Assembly (NCBI GenBank): GCA_044326465.1
Contig: JBIRBD010000003.1
Coordinates: 1 to 37,413 of the forward strand
From: Chthoniobacterales bacterium
GTDB taxonomy: Bacteria > Verrucomicrobiota > Verrucomicrobiia > Chthoniobacterales > UBA6821
Length of the DNA: 37,413 bases
Direction of reading: 5' to 3'
Every line of letters begins with the position of its first letter. Position 1 is the first letter of the stretch. The notes beneath the pieces were generated by a model. The model saw nothing but the letters and a program-made list of their open reading frames with translations. It searched no databases and was not told the origin of the DNA. Positions 9,460 to 19,410 of the stretch are shown here, one piece after another. The position numbers and the translations under genes were made by a program.

Positions 9460-9587
9460 AATGCGCAAATTCTTTTTGAGAAAAAATGAGCTTGCGTTGA
9501 AAAACCCCCTGGAGCTTTACAAAGTAAGAGGCGCGTCGGATACTACGAAAAGCGAATGGTATATACAACGAACTCTACAATTATTTT

Positions 9588-9935
9588 ATGCAAATTCATC
9601 TTAGCCCTCGTCATATGGTCCTTACAGCAGCGATTCATTCGTATGTCTGTGAAAAAATTGTCCATCTCGAAGATATGGCGCCCACCCTCATCGCCGCGCA
9701 CGTGGTGATTCTCCACGATGAGACAAAGAAAAAAAAGCATGTCGTTAAGGTCCATTTAGCGCTTCCTGGTCCTGATATTTATGCGGAGGATGCCGAAGAT
9801 GATCTTTACGCAGCTATTGATCTTACGGTTGCAAAACTTGCTCAACAACTGCGCAAAAATAAAACAAAGCGTACCGAAGCCAAGACACATAAGCTTCGCG
9901 TGGCTAAGGAAGCCATGAAACGTGGCCTTCGTTAG
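9588..9935 (+). CDS. hpf: Ribosome hibernation promoting factor (RaiA/Hpf, short form)
   Basis: LTAAIHSYVCEKI, DLYAAIDL.V.KL.QQLRK.K. Confidence 0.9.
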   Translation: MQIHLSPRHMVLTAAIHSYVCEKIVHLEDMAPTLIAAHVVILHDETKKKKHVVKVHLALPGPDIYAEDAEDDLYAAIDLTVAKLAQQLRKNKTKRTEAKTHKLRVAKEAMKRGLR

Positions 9936-9962
9936 GAGGTAGAAGAATAAGTTTTAGTCACC

Positions 9963-10739
9963 GTGTCTGTGGAATTAGAAAAGCATTCAGAATACAAAAT
10001 CAGCCTAGAGGTTTTTGAAGGACCTCTCGATTTACTCCTCTACCTTATTAAAAAAGAGGAGGTTGATATTTACGATGTTTCTATTGAGCGGATCACCAAA
10101 GAGTATTTGGAATATCTCGAGGCCTTTGAGGTTTTGAATATTGACATTGCTGGGGAGTTTGTCGTCATGGCTGCCAATCTCCTCTACATCAAGAGTCGCA
10201 CGCTCCTCCCTAAAGATCAGCAAATGCCCGATGAAGAGGTTGATGAAGATGATCCGCGATGGGAGCTGATTCGGCAGTTAATTGAATATAAAAAATTCAA
10301 AGAGGCAGCAGCCCATCTTCGAAATCAAGAAGAGTTGCAGGCATTGCTCTTTCCTCGTCCTGGGGAACTTCCTGGCGCCTTTACCCAGCCTGAGGAGTCC
10401 TTGCTTTTTGGTGAGGTGAGTATTTTTGATCTTATCAATGCATTTCAAAAAGCACTCACGCGTCTTCCCAAGGAAGAAGTCTCTGGTGAAATTTATGAAG
10501 AGAGTTATACGGTAACCGATCGTATCCAACACCTTGTACGTGTTATTGAGGATGGGGTCTTAATAAAATTTGAGGAACTCTTTTCTTCCAGTGCAACACG
10601 CTCAGAACTCATCGTCACTTTTCTTGCTATTCTAGAACTTATCAAAATGAAATATTTCCGCGCGCAACAAGAAGTACAGTTTGGTGAAATATGGATTGAG
10701 CGTTTGGCTCACCCAAGCGCTGTAATGAGTGGCGAGTAA
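9963..10739 (+). CDS. scpA: Segregation/condensation protein A
   Basis: FEGPLDLLLYLI, EFVVMAA.LL.IKSR.LLP, IVTFLAILEL. Confidence 0.96.
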   Translation: MSVELEKHSEYKISLEVFEGPLDLLLYLIKKEEVDIYDVSIERITKEYLEYLEAFEVLNIDIAGEFVVMAANLLYIKSRTLLPKDQQMPDEEVDEDDPRWELIRQLIEYKKFKEAAAHLRNQEELQALLFPRPGELPGAFTQPEESLLFGEVSIFDLINAFQKALTRLPKEEVSGEIYEESYTVTDRIQHLVRVIEDGVLIKFEELFSSSATRSELIVTFLAILELIKMKYFRAQQEVQFGEIWIERLAHPSAVMSGE

Positions 10740-10764
10740 TGCGTAAATATCAAAAATAATAATA

Positions 10765-11487
10765 ATGACCATGGAGTTACCTGACTTGTCACTAGCCACT
10801 CGCGACTCATTACAACATTCTAAAAGAACGCTTTCGCAAATCCTCGATGCGCTTCTTTTTGCATCACAAAAAGCACTCTCATTAAAAGAACTTAAGTCTT
10901 ATTTAAAAGCAGCCGCTCTGGCTCTGCCAGAAGGACCTGCAGCAGCTTTTGCAAATGTCAAAGAAATGGAACTGCTTATAGCACTTCAAGCATTGCGTGA
11001 TGACATTGCAGCAACGCATCGCTCTTACGAATTAAGAGAGACAGCCTCAGGGTGGCAACTAGTGACAGCTTCTGCTTTTGCGCCATGGTTGAGGCAGCTT
11101 TTTCCAGAGGCAAAGCCAACGCGCTTGAGCGCTCCAGCGTTGGAGACGCTAGCCATTATTGCTTATCGTCAACCGATCACACGAGCTGATATTGAGGCAG
11201 TACGAGGGGTTGCTGTTGATGGCGTCATGCAGACAATTCTCGATCGCGGTCTGATTCGTATTGAAGGGCGCGCTGAAGTTCCAGGACGGCCATTGCTCTA
11301 TGCGACGACGCAATCTTTTCTCGATCATTTTGGATTGCGCCATCTTAATGAGCTTCCTAATGCTGCCGAGTTAAGGTACATTCCTTTACCGAAGGCAGAG
11401 GTAAGAGAGGAGGCTTCTGCCACCGTTAAAGGGTTGAGCGGGACTGGTGTTGCTGTTGAGAAGTTGAAGGGAGTTGAAAAAATTTAA
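10765..11487 (+). CDS. scpB: Segregation/condensation protein B
   Basis: ALLFAS, LSAPALETLAIIAYRQPITRADIEAVRGV, GRPLLYATT..FL..FGL..L.ELP. Confidence 0.96.
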   Translation: MTMELPDLSLATRDSLQHSKRTLSQILDALLFASQKALSLKELKSYLKAAALALPEGPAAAFANVKEMELLIALQALRDDIAATHRSYELRETASGWQLVTASAFAPWLRQLFPEAKPTRLSAPALETLAIIAYRQPITRADIEAVRGVAVDGVMQTILDRGLIRIEGRAEVPGRPLLYATTQSFLDHFGLRHLNELPNAAELRYIPLPKAEVREEASATVKGLSGTGVAVEKLKGVEKI

Positions 11488-11863
11488 AACAGATTAATCA
11501 GGTCTTAATAAACGCTCTTATTTTAGTGCGATAGCGCTGTTTTCAACCCCCTTTTCAACCCCCTTAACTCCTCAACTTTTTTTAATAGGCGACCTAAAAA
11601 AGGTAATGGATCGTGGTAAATTAACGTGATATGCTCAGTCTATCAAAATGATTTTTCAACCGGCTCACGTACCTTCCAGGTATGCTTCGCCATTTTAAAA
11701 ATTATTTTTAGACTAAGTCTTTACATTAATTTTCTCGCTCCCATCACCGTTTTTAGGTTGAACAATCAAAAAAATATAAATTTAACTATTGACGGTGATA
11801 GACAATATCAATTATCCAATGGGCTCTCATTAGAGATCCATAAATCTTAAAAAATAATAAACT

Positions 11864-12421
11864 ATGAATAAAACATTATCACTACTTGCTATCGTTCTTG
11901 CAACGGCCGCTACTTCCTTTGCTGGCACAGCAGTCTCCTCTAAAAAAGTTGTCGTTGCTCCTGCTGATGACTCCCGCTTCCGTGCTAAAGAATGGCAAGT
12001 TGATGCTGCCGTCGTTGGTGCCGGTGGAACTTATAACAGCAACAGCGGTCAAGGAATTGGTGGTGGTCTTGGTGTCAATTATTTCTTCTCACAATACTTT
12101 GGTGTTGGTGTTGATAACAGCGTTGGTGGTTATGAGAAAGTCGCTGGACATGGGGCTGAAGCAGTCGACAGCCTTCAAGCAGACTTAATTGCTCGTTACC
12201 CAATTTCTTCTTGGAACCTCGCTCCTTATGCCATGATTGGCGGTGGTGCTAATTGGGGTTCTGCAACCCAAGGTGATGGAAACGTAGGTGCTGGTCTTGA
12301 ATACCGTTTTACACCTAACTTCGGTATCTTTGGTGATTGCCGTTGGCTCTACGGTGGTAACACTGGTGGTGCTAGACTCAGTATGGCTCTCCCACGTGTT
12401 GGTGTTCGCTTTGCTTTCTAA
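11864..12421 (+). CDS. Outer membrane beta-barrel (8-stranded-type) protein
   Basis: Signal peptide, Gly-rich amphipathic strands, PYAMIGGG, GAGLEYRFT, terminal Phe; strongly biased codons (GGT/GCT/GTT) suggest high expression. Confidence 0.85.
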   Translation: MNKTLSLLAIVLATAATSFAGTAVSSKKVVVAPADDSRFRAKEWQVDAAVVGAGGTYNSNSGQGIGGGLGVNYFFSQYFGVGVDNSVGGYEKVAGHGAEAVDSLQADLIARYPISSWNLAPYAMIGGGANWGSATQGDGNVGAGLEYRFTPNFGIFGDCRWLYGGNTGGARLSMALPRVGVRFAF

Positions 12422-12447
12422 GAATTACTTAAAAAGTTAGCTTTAAC

Positions 12448-12482
12448 AAAAACGGCGCTCCATTTTCGGGCGCCGTTTTTTT
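12448..12482 (+). terminator. Intrinsic terminator after the OMP gene
   Basis: AAAAACGGCGCTC-loop-GGGCGCCGTTTTTTT. Confidence 0.85.
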
Positions 12483-12536
12483 GGTGCCCATTCACGCGAG
12501 CGGACTAGGAACCAGTCTAGGCTCTACAACCTGTAG

Positions 12537-12941
<405 letters not shown>

Positions 12942-12971
12942 TTTTTTTATTTTGATTATAGTTTGTCTGTT

Positions 12972-13955
12972 ATGGAAACAATTTTAGTAACGGGTGGCGC
13001 AGGCTACATCGGAAGCGTTTGCGTAGAAGAGCTGCTCAATATCGGCTATAACGTAGCAGTCTTTGATAATTTGAGTGAAGGTCATCGTGCGGCCGTCGAT
13101 CCGCGAGCCTCATTTTTTGAAGGTGAGCTGGCTGACATTGAATCTATTAAAAAAGCATTGCATGATTCCAAAGCAACGGCTGTGATGCATTTTGCGGCGA
13201 ATGCTCTAGTTGGTGAGTCGATGGAAAATCCGGGAAAATATTTTCGTAATAATGTTGCCTATGGCCTCAACTTACTTGATGCCATGGTTGAGGAGGGTGT
13301 GAAGAGATTTGTCTTTTCTTCCACCTGCGCGACATTTGGTGTGCCAGAAAAAATGCCGATTGATGAAACCGTGCCGCAGCGGCCGATCAATCCCTATGGT
13401 GAGTCAAAATTAATTTTTGAAAAAATTCTCCGCTGGTATGGAGAGATTCATGAGATCACCTTTGTCGTGCTCCGTTATTTTAATGCTGCGGGAGCGAGTG
13501 AACGCTTTGGGGAAGATCATCGAATTGAGACGCACCTGATTCCGAATGTTCTCAAGGTTGCTCTTGGACAAAGAGAGTCGGTCGATGTTTTTGGTACGGA
13601 CTATGAAACTTATGATGGAACTTGCATCCGTGACTACATCCATATTCTCGATCTTGCGCAGGCTCATCTTTTAGCGCTCAAAGCCAAGCAGAGTGCTTTT
13701 TATAATCTCGGCACTGGTGGTGGGACTTCGGTGAAAGAAGTTATCGATGCCGCACGTGCTATTACAGGTCATCCCATTCCTGTTGTGGAAAAGCCACGTC
13801 GCGTCGGTGATCCACCAGCACTTATCGGCGGTTCTGACAAAATTAAAAAAGAGCTCGGCTGGAGTCCGAAATTCCAAAATATCGAAACGATTGTGGCCAG
13901 CGCTTGGGCCTGGCATCAGAGATATCCTGGTGGATATGAAAAAGGTAAAGAGTAA
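12972..13955 (+). CDS. galE: UDP-glucose 4-epimerase
   Basis: ILVTGGAGYIGS, FSSTCATFG, YGESK, LRYFNAAGA, DGTCIRDYIH. Confidence 0.95.
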   Translation: METILVTGGAGYIGSVCVEELLNIGYNVAVFDNLSEGHRAAVDPRASFFEGELADIESIKKALHDSKATAVMHFAANALVGESMENPGKYFRNNVAYGLNLLDAMVEEGVKRFVFSSTCATFGVPEKMPIDETVPQRPINPYGESKLIFEKILRWYGEIHEITFVVLRYFNAAGASERFGEDHRIETHLIPNVLKVALGQRESVDVFGTDYETYDGTCIRDYIHILDLAQAHLLALKAKQSAFYNLGTGGGTSVKEVIDAARAITGHPIPVVEKPRRVGDPPALIGGSDKIKKELGWSPKFQNIETIVASAWAWHQRYPGGYEKGKE

Positions 13956-14108
13956 TGAGTAATGAGTGAAGAAATTTTGAAATCGTAGATAAAGTTAAAA
14001 TGCTGGCAATAATATTTGAATGAAAATGACATTTCTAAAAAATCAATCAAAGAACATGGAGTCTCATGATTTGTTACTCTTTACCCTTCGCTCTTTACTG
14101 CCTTTTGC

Positions 14109-14915
14109 ATGCAATTAATTGAAACCCATGCGCATCTTGATGATCAAAAATTTTCTGCCGATTTAGAAGATGCCCTCGCGCGCGCGCAGGCTGCGGGAGT
14201 GACGCGAATCATTTCCATTGGAACGAACGCTGAAGGAAATAAAAAAACGCTAGCATTAGCTGATCGCTATCCCTCTATTTATCCGGCGGTAGGACTACAT
14301 CCAACCGAAGTAGCTCGAGAAAAACTAAATCTTGCAGCGCTGCGTGAGGCTGCCTCGCATGCAAAAGTTGTCGCAATCGGTGAAATCGGTATCGATTATT
14401 ATCATCGCCCAGAAGATATGTCGTCGGCTGCAGAGGCTGACTGGAAGGGTGCTCAAGCTGAGGCGTTTTGTCAGCAGCTTGATTTGGCTGTCGAGCTCGG
14501 TCTCAATGTCATTATTCATCAACGCGACCGCCAGTCTGGTGAGGCTTGGGATGAGACATTAAAACTTTTAAAACCATACACTGGTAAACTGCATGCCGTC
14601 TTCCATTGTTTTGGCGGAACACCTGCACAGGCTGCAGAATTGGCTAGACTCGGGCATTTAGTTTCGTTTACCGGGATCATCACTTTTAAAAATGCTGCTA
14701 TCGTGCGCGAAACAGCTGCTGCGGTGGCAGCTGATGGCTACATGGTTGAAACCGATTCTCCTTACCTCGCGCCAATGCCTTATCGCGGAGAGCGTGCGGA
14801 GCCGGCGCACACGCGCCTGGTCGCAGAACAGGTTGCAGTTGTTCGTGGAATTTCTCTAGAGCAAGTGGCCGCTGCAACGACAGCGACAGCGGAAAAGTTT
14901 TTTAGATTTTCATAG
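14109..14915 (+). CDS. tatD: TatD family hydrolase/DNase
   Basis: ETHAHL, GLHP, IGEIGIDY, IIH.R, HCF, VETDSPYLAP. Confidence 0.95.
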   Translation: MQLIETHAHLDDQKFSADLEDALARAQAAGVTRIISIGTNAEGNKKTLALADRYPSIYPAVGLHPTEVAREKLNLAALREAASHAKVVAIGEIGIDYYHRPEDMSSAAEADWKGAQAEAFCQQLDLAVELGLNVIIHQRDRQSGEAWDETLKLLKPYTGKLHAVFHCFGGTPAQAAELARLGHLVSFTGIITFKNAAIVRETAAAVAADGYMVETDSPYLAPMPYRGERAEPAHTRLVAEQVAVVRGISLEQVAAATTATAEKFFRFS

Positions 14916-15067
14916 AGAGAAAAAAAGGATGGGTCGCAAGAGAACAGGGCATAACTACCAATCGTATATTTGATGTTACGATCAAAGATAATCATCTGTT
15001 ATTATCTTTAGATTAATCCTTTCCTGTTTATTATGTAACTCGTTGTGGTGTTATAAAATAACGCAAT

Positions 15068-16657
15068 TTGCTTATGTTCTCTCACTTATCCGACCTTTCT
15101 TCTTGTGGTGCCCTATCAATCGATGGAGGGGTTGTCTGTTTTTATTTTTTGCTGATTATCGGCATTGGGCTTTATGCAGGACGTAATAATCGAACATTAC
15201 AAGAATTTACATTAGGCAATCATGCCTTGCCCTGGTGGGCCGTTCTGGCTTCTCTTGTTGCTGTTGAAACAAGCGCTGCAACTTTTCTTGGCACGCCTGC
15301 AGAAGGATTTAAAACACGGGCTTTTTTTTATGCACAGCTGGCTATTGGTACCGTACTAGCGCGTATTATTGTCGCTTATGTTTTCATTTCTCCTTACTAC
15401 CACTACAAGGTTAAAAGCATTTATGAATTTTTAACCGTTCGCTTTGGACCAGCCACTAAAAATATGGCGAGCGGGATTTTTCTTTTTACACGGGTGCTTG
15501 GCATCGGTGTTCGACTTTATCTTGGTGGGCTTATTCTCGTCGTGATTTGGCATTACTTAATTCCAAATACCGTCGCAACAGTGCACGACTATTTTTGGGG
15601 GATCCTCAGCATTACCCTCCTCACTGTTGGATATACCATGGTTGGCGGTATTAAAGCTGTTATTTGGACGGATCTTATCCAAGCCTCGCTGATGATTGGC
15701 TCCCTCATTTTTACAATCTGGTACCTACTTCATGAAATTGGAGGTCTTAGCGTGGTAAAAGAAAATTTTGGCAGCTGGCAAAACCTTCACTGGGTCCAAA
15801 ATGGCTGGGATAGCACCCTTCCTTTTGGTAAAGCACTCGCAAGCATGTTTGAAGAACCCTATACGCTTTTTGCTGCTTTTATCGGATCAACTTTTATCAC
15901 GATGGCCACGCATGGGGCTGATCAAGATACAGTACAACGTTTGTTAACCTCCACCAATATCCACAAATCACGCCTTTCTTTGATTCTCAGCGGCTTGGCA
16001 GACATTCCACTGGCATTAAGTTTTCTCAGTATAGGTATTCTCCTTTCTATTTATTACGCTCATCATGGCGGAGCTCCTGCTATTCCCGACAATGAAATTT
16101 TTGCTCATTTTATTGTCCATCAAATGCCAGTCGGCTTGAGAGGTCTGATTATTGCAGGTGTCTTTGCCACCATGATGGGCTCAACCTCCGCGGCTTTGAA
16201 TTCCTTGGCCACCAGCTTCACTAGCGATTTTTATCTTCCTTACATTAACCCAAAAGCCACTGATAAAATGGCCATAAAAACAGCGCGCCTTTCTACACTG
16301 ATCTTCGGAATTTTGATAATTGGCGTTGGCACGATGGCCGCCTATTCCGTTTTGCTTAATCCAAAACTAACCATTATTCCGATTGCTATTGGTATTCTTG
16401 GTTACACGTATGGATCCTTACTTGGGATTTTCTTAGTAGGAATGTTGACTAAAACACGCGGTCATGATCGTACCAATATTGTAGCGATGTTAGCCGGCAT
16501 GACCGCTCTCCTCTTTCTTGGAAAAATTCATCTGCCAGGTATTTTTGACTTTGGTCGTTTGATGCCAATCTGGTGGCCCCAAATTTCTTGGCCTTGGTAT
16601 GTCTTCATTGGCTGTATTAGCACCATGATTTGTGCATTGCCCTTTCGCACCAAATAG
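15068..16657 (+). CDS. Sodium:solute symporter (SSS family)
   Basis: LPWWAVLASLVAVETSAATFLG.P, GGIKAVIWTD.IQ, DQD.VQR.L, multi-TM; substrate unknown. Confidence 0.92.
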   Translation: MLMFSHLSDLSSCGALSIDGGVVCFYFLLIIGIGLYAGRNNRTLQEFTLGNHALPWWAVLASLVAVETSAATFLGTPAEGFKTRAFFYAQLAIGTVLARIIVAYVFISPYYHYKVKSIYEFLTVRFGPATKNMASGIFLFTRVLGIGVRLYLGGLILVVIWHYLIPNTVATVHDYFWGILSITLLTVGYTMVGGIKAVIWTDLIQASLMIGSLIFTIWYLLHEIGGLSVVKENFGSWQNLHWVQNGWDSTLPFGKALASMFEEPYTLFAAFIGSTFITMATHGADQDTVQRLLTSTNIHKSRLSLILSGLADIPLALSFLSIGILLSIYYAHHGGAPAIPDNEIFAHFIVHQMPVGLRGLIIAGVFATMMGSTSAALNSLATSFTSDFYLPYINPKATDKMAIKTARLSTLIFGILIIGVGTMAAYSVLLNPKLTIIPIAIGILGYTYGSLLGIFLVGMLTKTRGHDRTNIVAMLAGMTALLFLGKIHLPGIFDFGRLMPIWWPQISWPWYVFIGCISTMICALPFRTK

Positions 16658-16823
16658 GGGTTTCTTAAAATAGGTCAAGCTTTTTACAGCTGTTTTTGAA
16701 AATATATTACCACTTTGCTTAGCTTTTTTCTTGAGGCGCAAATTGGTTCTTCTCTAAAATCGCTCTCCCTCGAAAAATAAATATCGTTTCGAATTATCTC
16801 TTTCTGCCAACTCTTATCGCACT

Positions 16824-18167
16824 ATGCATCACCTTCAATTATGGCAGCAGCTTTCCAAAGTCATTCAACAACGTATTAGCAGTGATGGCTACAAGCGCTG
16901 GTTCAGTGATGTAAGCGTATTAGCTCACGATGATACCTCCATCACATTGAGCGTTCCTAATCCGATTCATCAATTTTTTATTGAGAGCAATTATTCCATC
17001 TTGCTTTCTTCTTCAGTCGAAGAGGTCTGTGGTAACCCACGGACTCTTTGTTTTATACCTCGGGAGCAAGATGCTGATGATGCATTAACCTCGCTTCCTA
17101 TTGAAAAGACGAACTCTTCTAAAAAATCGACGGCAACAGCTGCCACTGTTGGACTTAATCCTTCCTATACTTTCGAAAATTTTATTGTTGGCTCGAACAA
17201 TCAATTTGCGCATGCTGCGGCCCAAGCTGTAGCTGAAGCACCAGCACGGACCTACAACCCTCTTTTTATCTATGGTGAGAGTGGCCTTGGAAAAACTCAT
17301 CTTCTTCATGCTATTGGACATCGGGTCCTAGCGACTAAAAAAAACATGAAGATCGTCTATTTGCGTAGCGAGCAATTCACGAATGAATTCATCGATGCCA
17401 TTCAACATGGTACGATCTTCCAATTTCGCAAACGCTATCGCCAGGCTGATATTTTAATGATTGATGATATTCAGTTCCTGGCCGACAAAGGTCGGACGCA
17501 GGAGGAATTTTTCCATACGTTTGGAGCTCTCCATGACGGTCACAAGCAGATTATTCTTACCAGCGATCGTCCTCCGAGTGAAATAGAGAAACTAGAAAGA
17601 CGTCTCGTTTCGCGCTTTGAATGGGGGATGACAGCAGAAGTGCAACCACCTGACACCGAAACACGAATTGCCATTCTTCAAGGCAAGGCAGCCACCTTAA
17701 AAATCACTATGGAGGCATGGGTGCTAGAATTTTTAGCTGACAAAATTCGTTCCGATATTCGCCGTCTTGAAGGAGCCTTGATGCGCATTGCTGCCTATCA
17801 ATCACTAACCGGCAAGCCTCTGACTAAAGAATCGATGGATCACCTGCTGCGTGATGTTTTGCAAGAACAAGCCCGAAAAAACATCACGATTGACCAAATC
17901 CAAAAGCACGTTGCCGATCACTTTGACGTTCGTCTTGCTGACATGTCAAGTAGGCGGAGGCAAGCCAGCGTGGCTTATCCTCGCCAGGTTGCCATGTACC
18001 TATCACGTGAATTAACTCCATCGACACTCAAAGAAATCGGAGAGGCTTTTGGGGGTAAAGATCATGGTACGGTCATTCATGCCCATAAGCTCATCAAAAA
18101 TCGTATGGAAGCTGACTCTCAATTACGCCATGTTGTTCGCCACCTCGATAAGCAGCTGACAAAATAG
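16824..18167 (+). CDS. dnaA: Chromosomal replication initiator DnaA
   Basis: LNPSYTFENF, YNPLFIYGESGLGKTHL, IDDIQF, RLVSRFEWG, RQVAMYL, FGGKDHGTV. Confidence 0.98.
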   Translation: MHHLQLWQQLSKVIQQRISSDGYKRWFSDVSVLAHDDTSITLSVPNPIHQFFIESNYSILLSSSVEEVCGNPRTLCFIPREQDADDALTSLPIEKTNSSKKSTATAATVGLNPSYTFENFIVGSNNQFAHAAAQAVAEAPARTYNPLFIYGESGLGKTHLLHAIGHRVLATKKNMKIVYLRSEQFTNEFIDAIQHGTIFQFRKRYRQADILMIDDIQFLADKGRTQEEFFHTFGALHDGHKQIILTSDRPPSEIEKLERRLVSRFEWGMTAEVQPPDTETRIAILQGKAATLKITMEAWVLEFLADKIRSDIRRLEGALMRIAAYQSLTGKPLTKESMDHLLRDVLQEQARKNITIDQIQKHVADHFDVRLADMSSRRRQASVAYPRQVAMYLSRELTPSTLKEIGEAFGGKDHGTVIHAHKLIKNRMEADSQLRHVVRHLDKQLTK

Positions 18168-18181
18168 ACTATAAACCGAGT

Positions 18182-19297
18182 ATGAAATTTATTGTTATCA
18201 AACAAGCACTCCTTGATGGATTGCAACGGATCCAAAACATCATTAGCAATCGGGTCACCCTTCCGATTCTTTCCAATCTTGTCGTGGAGGCGACCGAAGA
18301 AGGGCTCTATCTGATTGCAACAGATCTTCAAGTTAGCGTGCGTACGCATGTTCCGCTTGTCTCGCTTGAAAAAACAGGTTCTACAACGCTTCCAGCGCGT
18401 CGTCTACTTTCGATCGTACGTGAACTTGCTTCCGCAGAGATTTCTTTTGAGGTCGATGCACGCAACATATGCTCGATTCGCAGCGGTCCAAGTTTTTTTA
18501 AAATTTTTGGTTTACCAAAAGACGAATACCCTGCGTTTCCATCGCTCGAAGAGACGCGCGGTTTTAGGATGAAACAAGGCGAACTCAAGGCAGCCCTCCA
18601 TAAAACTTCTTATGCCATCTCGCTCGATGAATCGCGTTATGTTCTCAATGGTGTTCTCTTTTCTTTTAAAGAAGGTTCGCTAACCCTGGTTGCTACAGAT
18701 GGTCGACGTCTCGCACTCTGTGATGCAGAACTCGGTGAAATCAAATATCCTGTTGGACACGAATGCGATTTTATTGTTCCGACAAAAGCGATCAATGAGC
18801 TTCAACGACTGCTTCTCGACGACCAAGAGGTACGCCTTCACATCGGTGATAACATTGTTGTCTTTGATTTGGGGACAACAATTCTAGCGACAAAACTCGT
18901 TGATGGAAAATATCCAAACTACCGCCAAGTCATCCCTGCGGAAGCAACAGAACGTATTGTTTTGGAACGTGAAGCTCTCTTGCAATCAGTCCGCCGAGTT
19001 GCTCTCCTTAGCACCGATAAAAGCGCCTCTGTTTGTTTAAGCTTTACCGAAAATAACCTCGATATCACAGCCAATACTCCCGAGGTTGGTGAATCAAAAG
19101 AATCGATTGCTATTGCTTATAAAGGCCCAACGATAGCTATCGCTTTTAATCCTGACTTTTTGATGGATCCTCTGAAAAATCTGAGTGACGACTGCGTTGC
19201 CCTTGAACTCATCGATGAAATGAGCCCTGCCGTCTTTAAGATCAACTCCGCACAACGTTTCTTATACGTGCTGATGCCAATCAAAGTTTCGCGGTAG
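18182..19297 (+). CDS. dnaN: DNA polymerase III beta clamp
   Basis: LPILSN, ATDL, SRYVLNGV, ATDGRRLA, GKYPNY.QVIP, YVLMP. Confidence 0.97.
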   Translation: MKFIVIKQALLDGLQRIQNIISNRVTLPILSNLVVEATEEGLYLIATDLQVSVRTHVPLVSLEKTGSTTLPARRLLSIVRELASAEISFEVDARNICSIRSGPSFFKIFGLPKDEYPAFPSLEETRGFRMKQGELKAALHKTSYAISLDESRYVLNGVLFSFKEGSLTLVATDGRRLALCDAELGEIKYPVGHECDFIVPTKAINELQRLLLDDQEVRLHIGDNIVVFDLGTTILATKLVDGKYPNYRQVIPAEATERIVLEREALLQSVRRVALLSTDKSASVCLSFTENNLDITANTPEVGESKESIAIAYKGPTIAIAFNPDFLMDPLKNLSDDCVALELIDEMSPAVFKINSAQRFLYVLMPIKVSR

Positions 19298-19336
19298 TAA
19301 ATCAGATCTGGGGTAAGTGTTCACAAAAATGGTGAC

Positions 19337-19374
19337 AGGGGTTCAGGTGACAGCTAAGTAGGCCTGCGGCAAAA
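19337..19374. repeat. Remnant of the MITE interior found at 29435-29552
   Basis: AGGGGTTCAGGTGACAG(C/G)TAAGTA(G/A)GCCTGCGGCAAAA, 36/38 identical to 29469-29506. Confidence 0.88.
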
Positions 19375-19410
19375 AGAAAAAACTGCCATTGGCTTAAACG
19401 AATACAGAAA

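Noticed and set aside
11626-11850. 74-aa ORF or sRNA upstream of the OMP gene
   Set aside because: No recognisable motif or structure; more simply the AT-rich promoter region.
16658-16823. oriC upstream of dnaA
   Set aside because: Short spacer with no perfect or clustered DnaA boxes visible.
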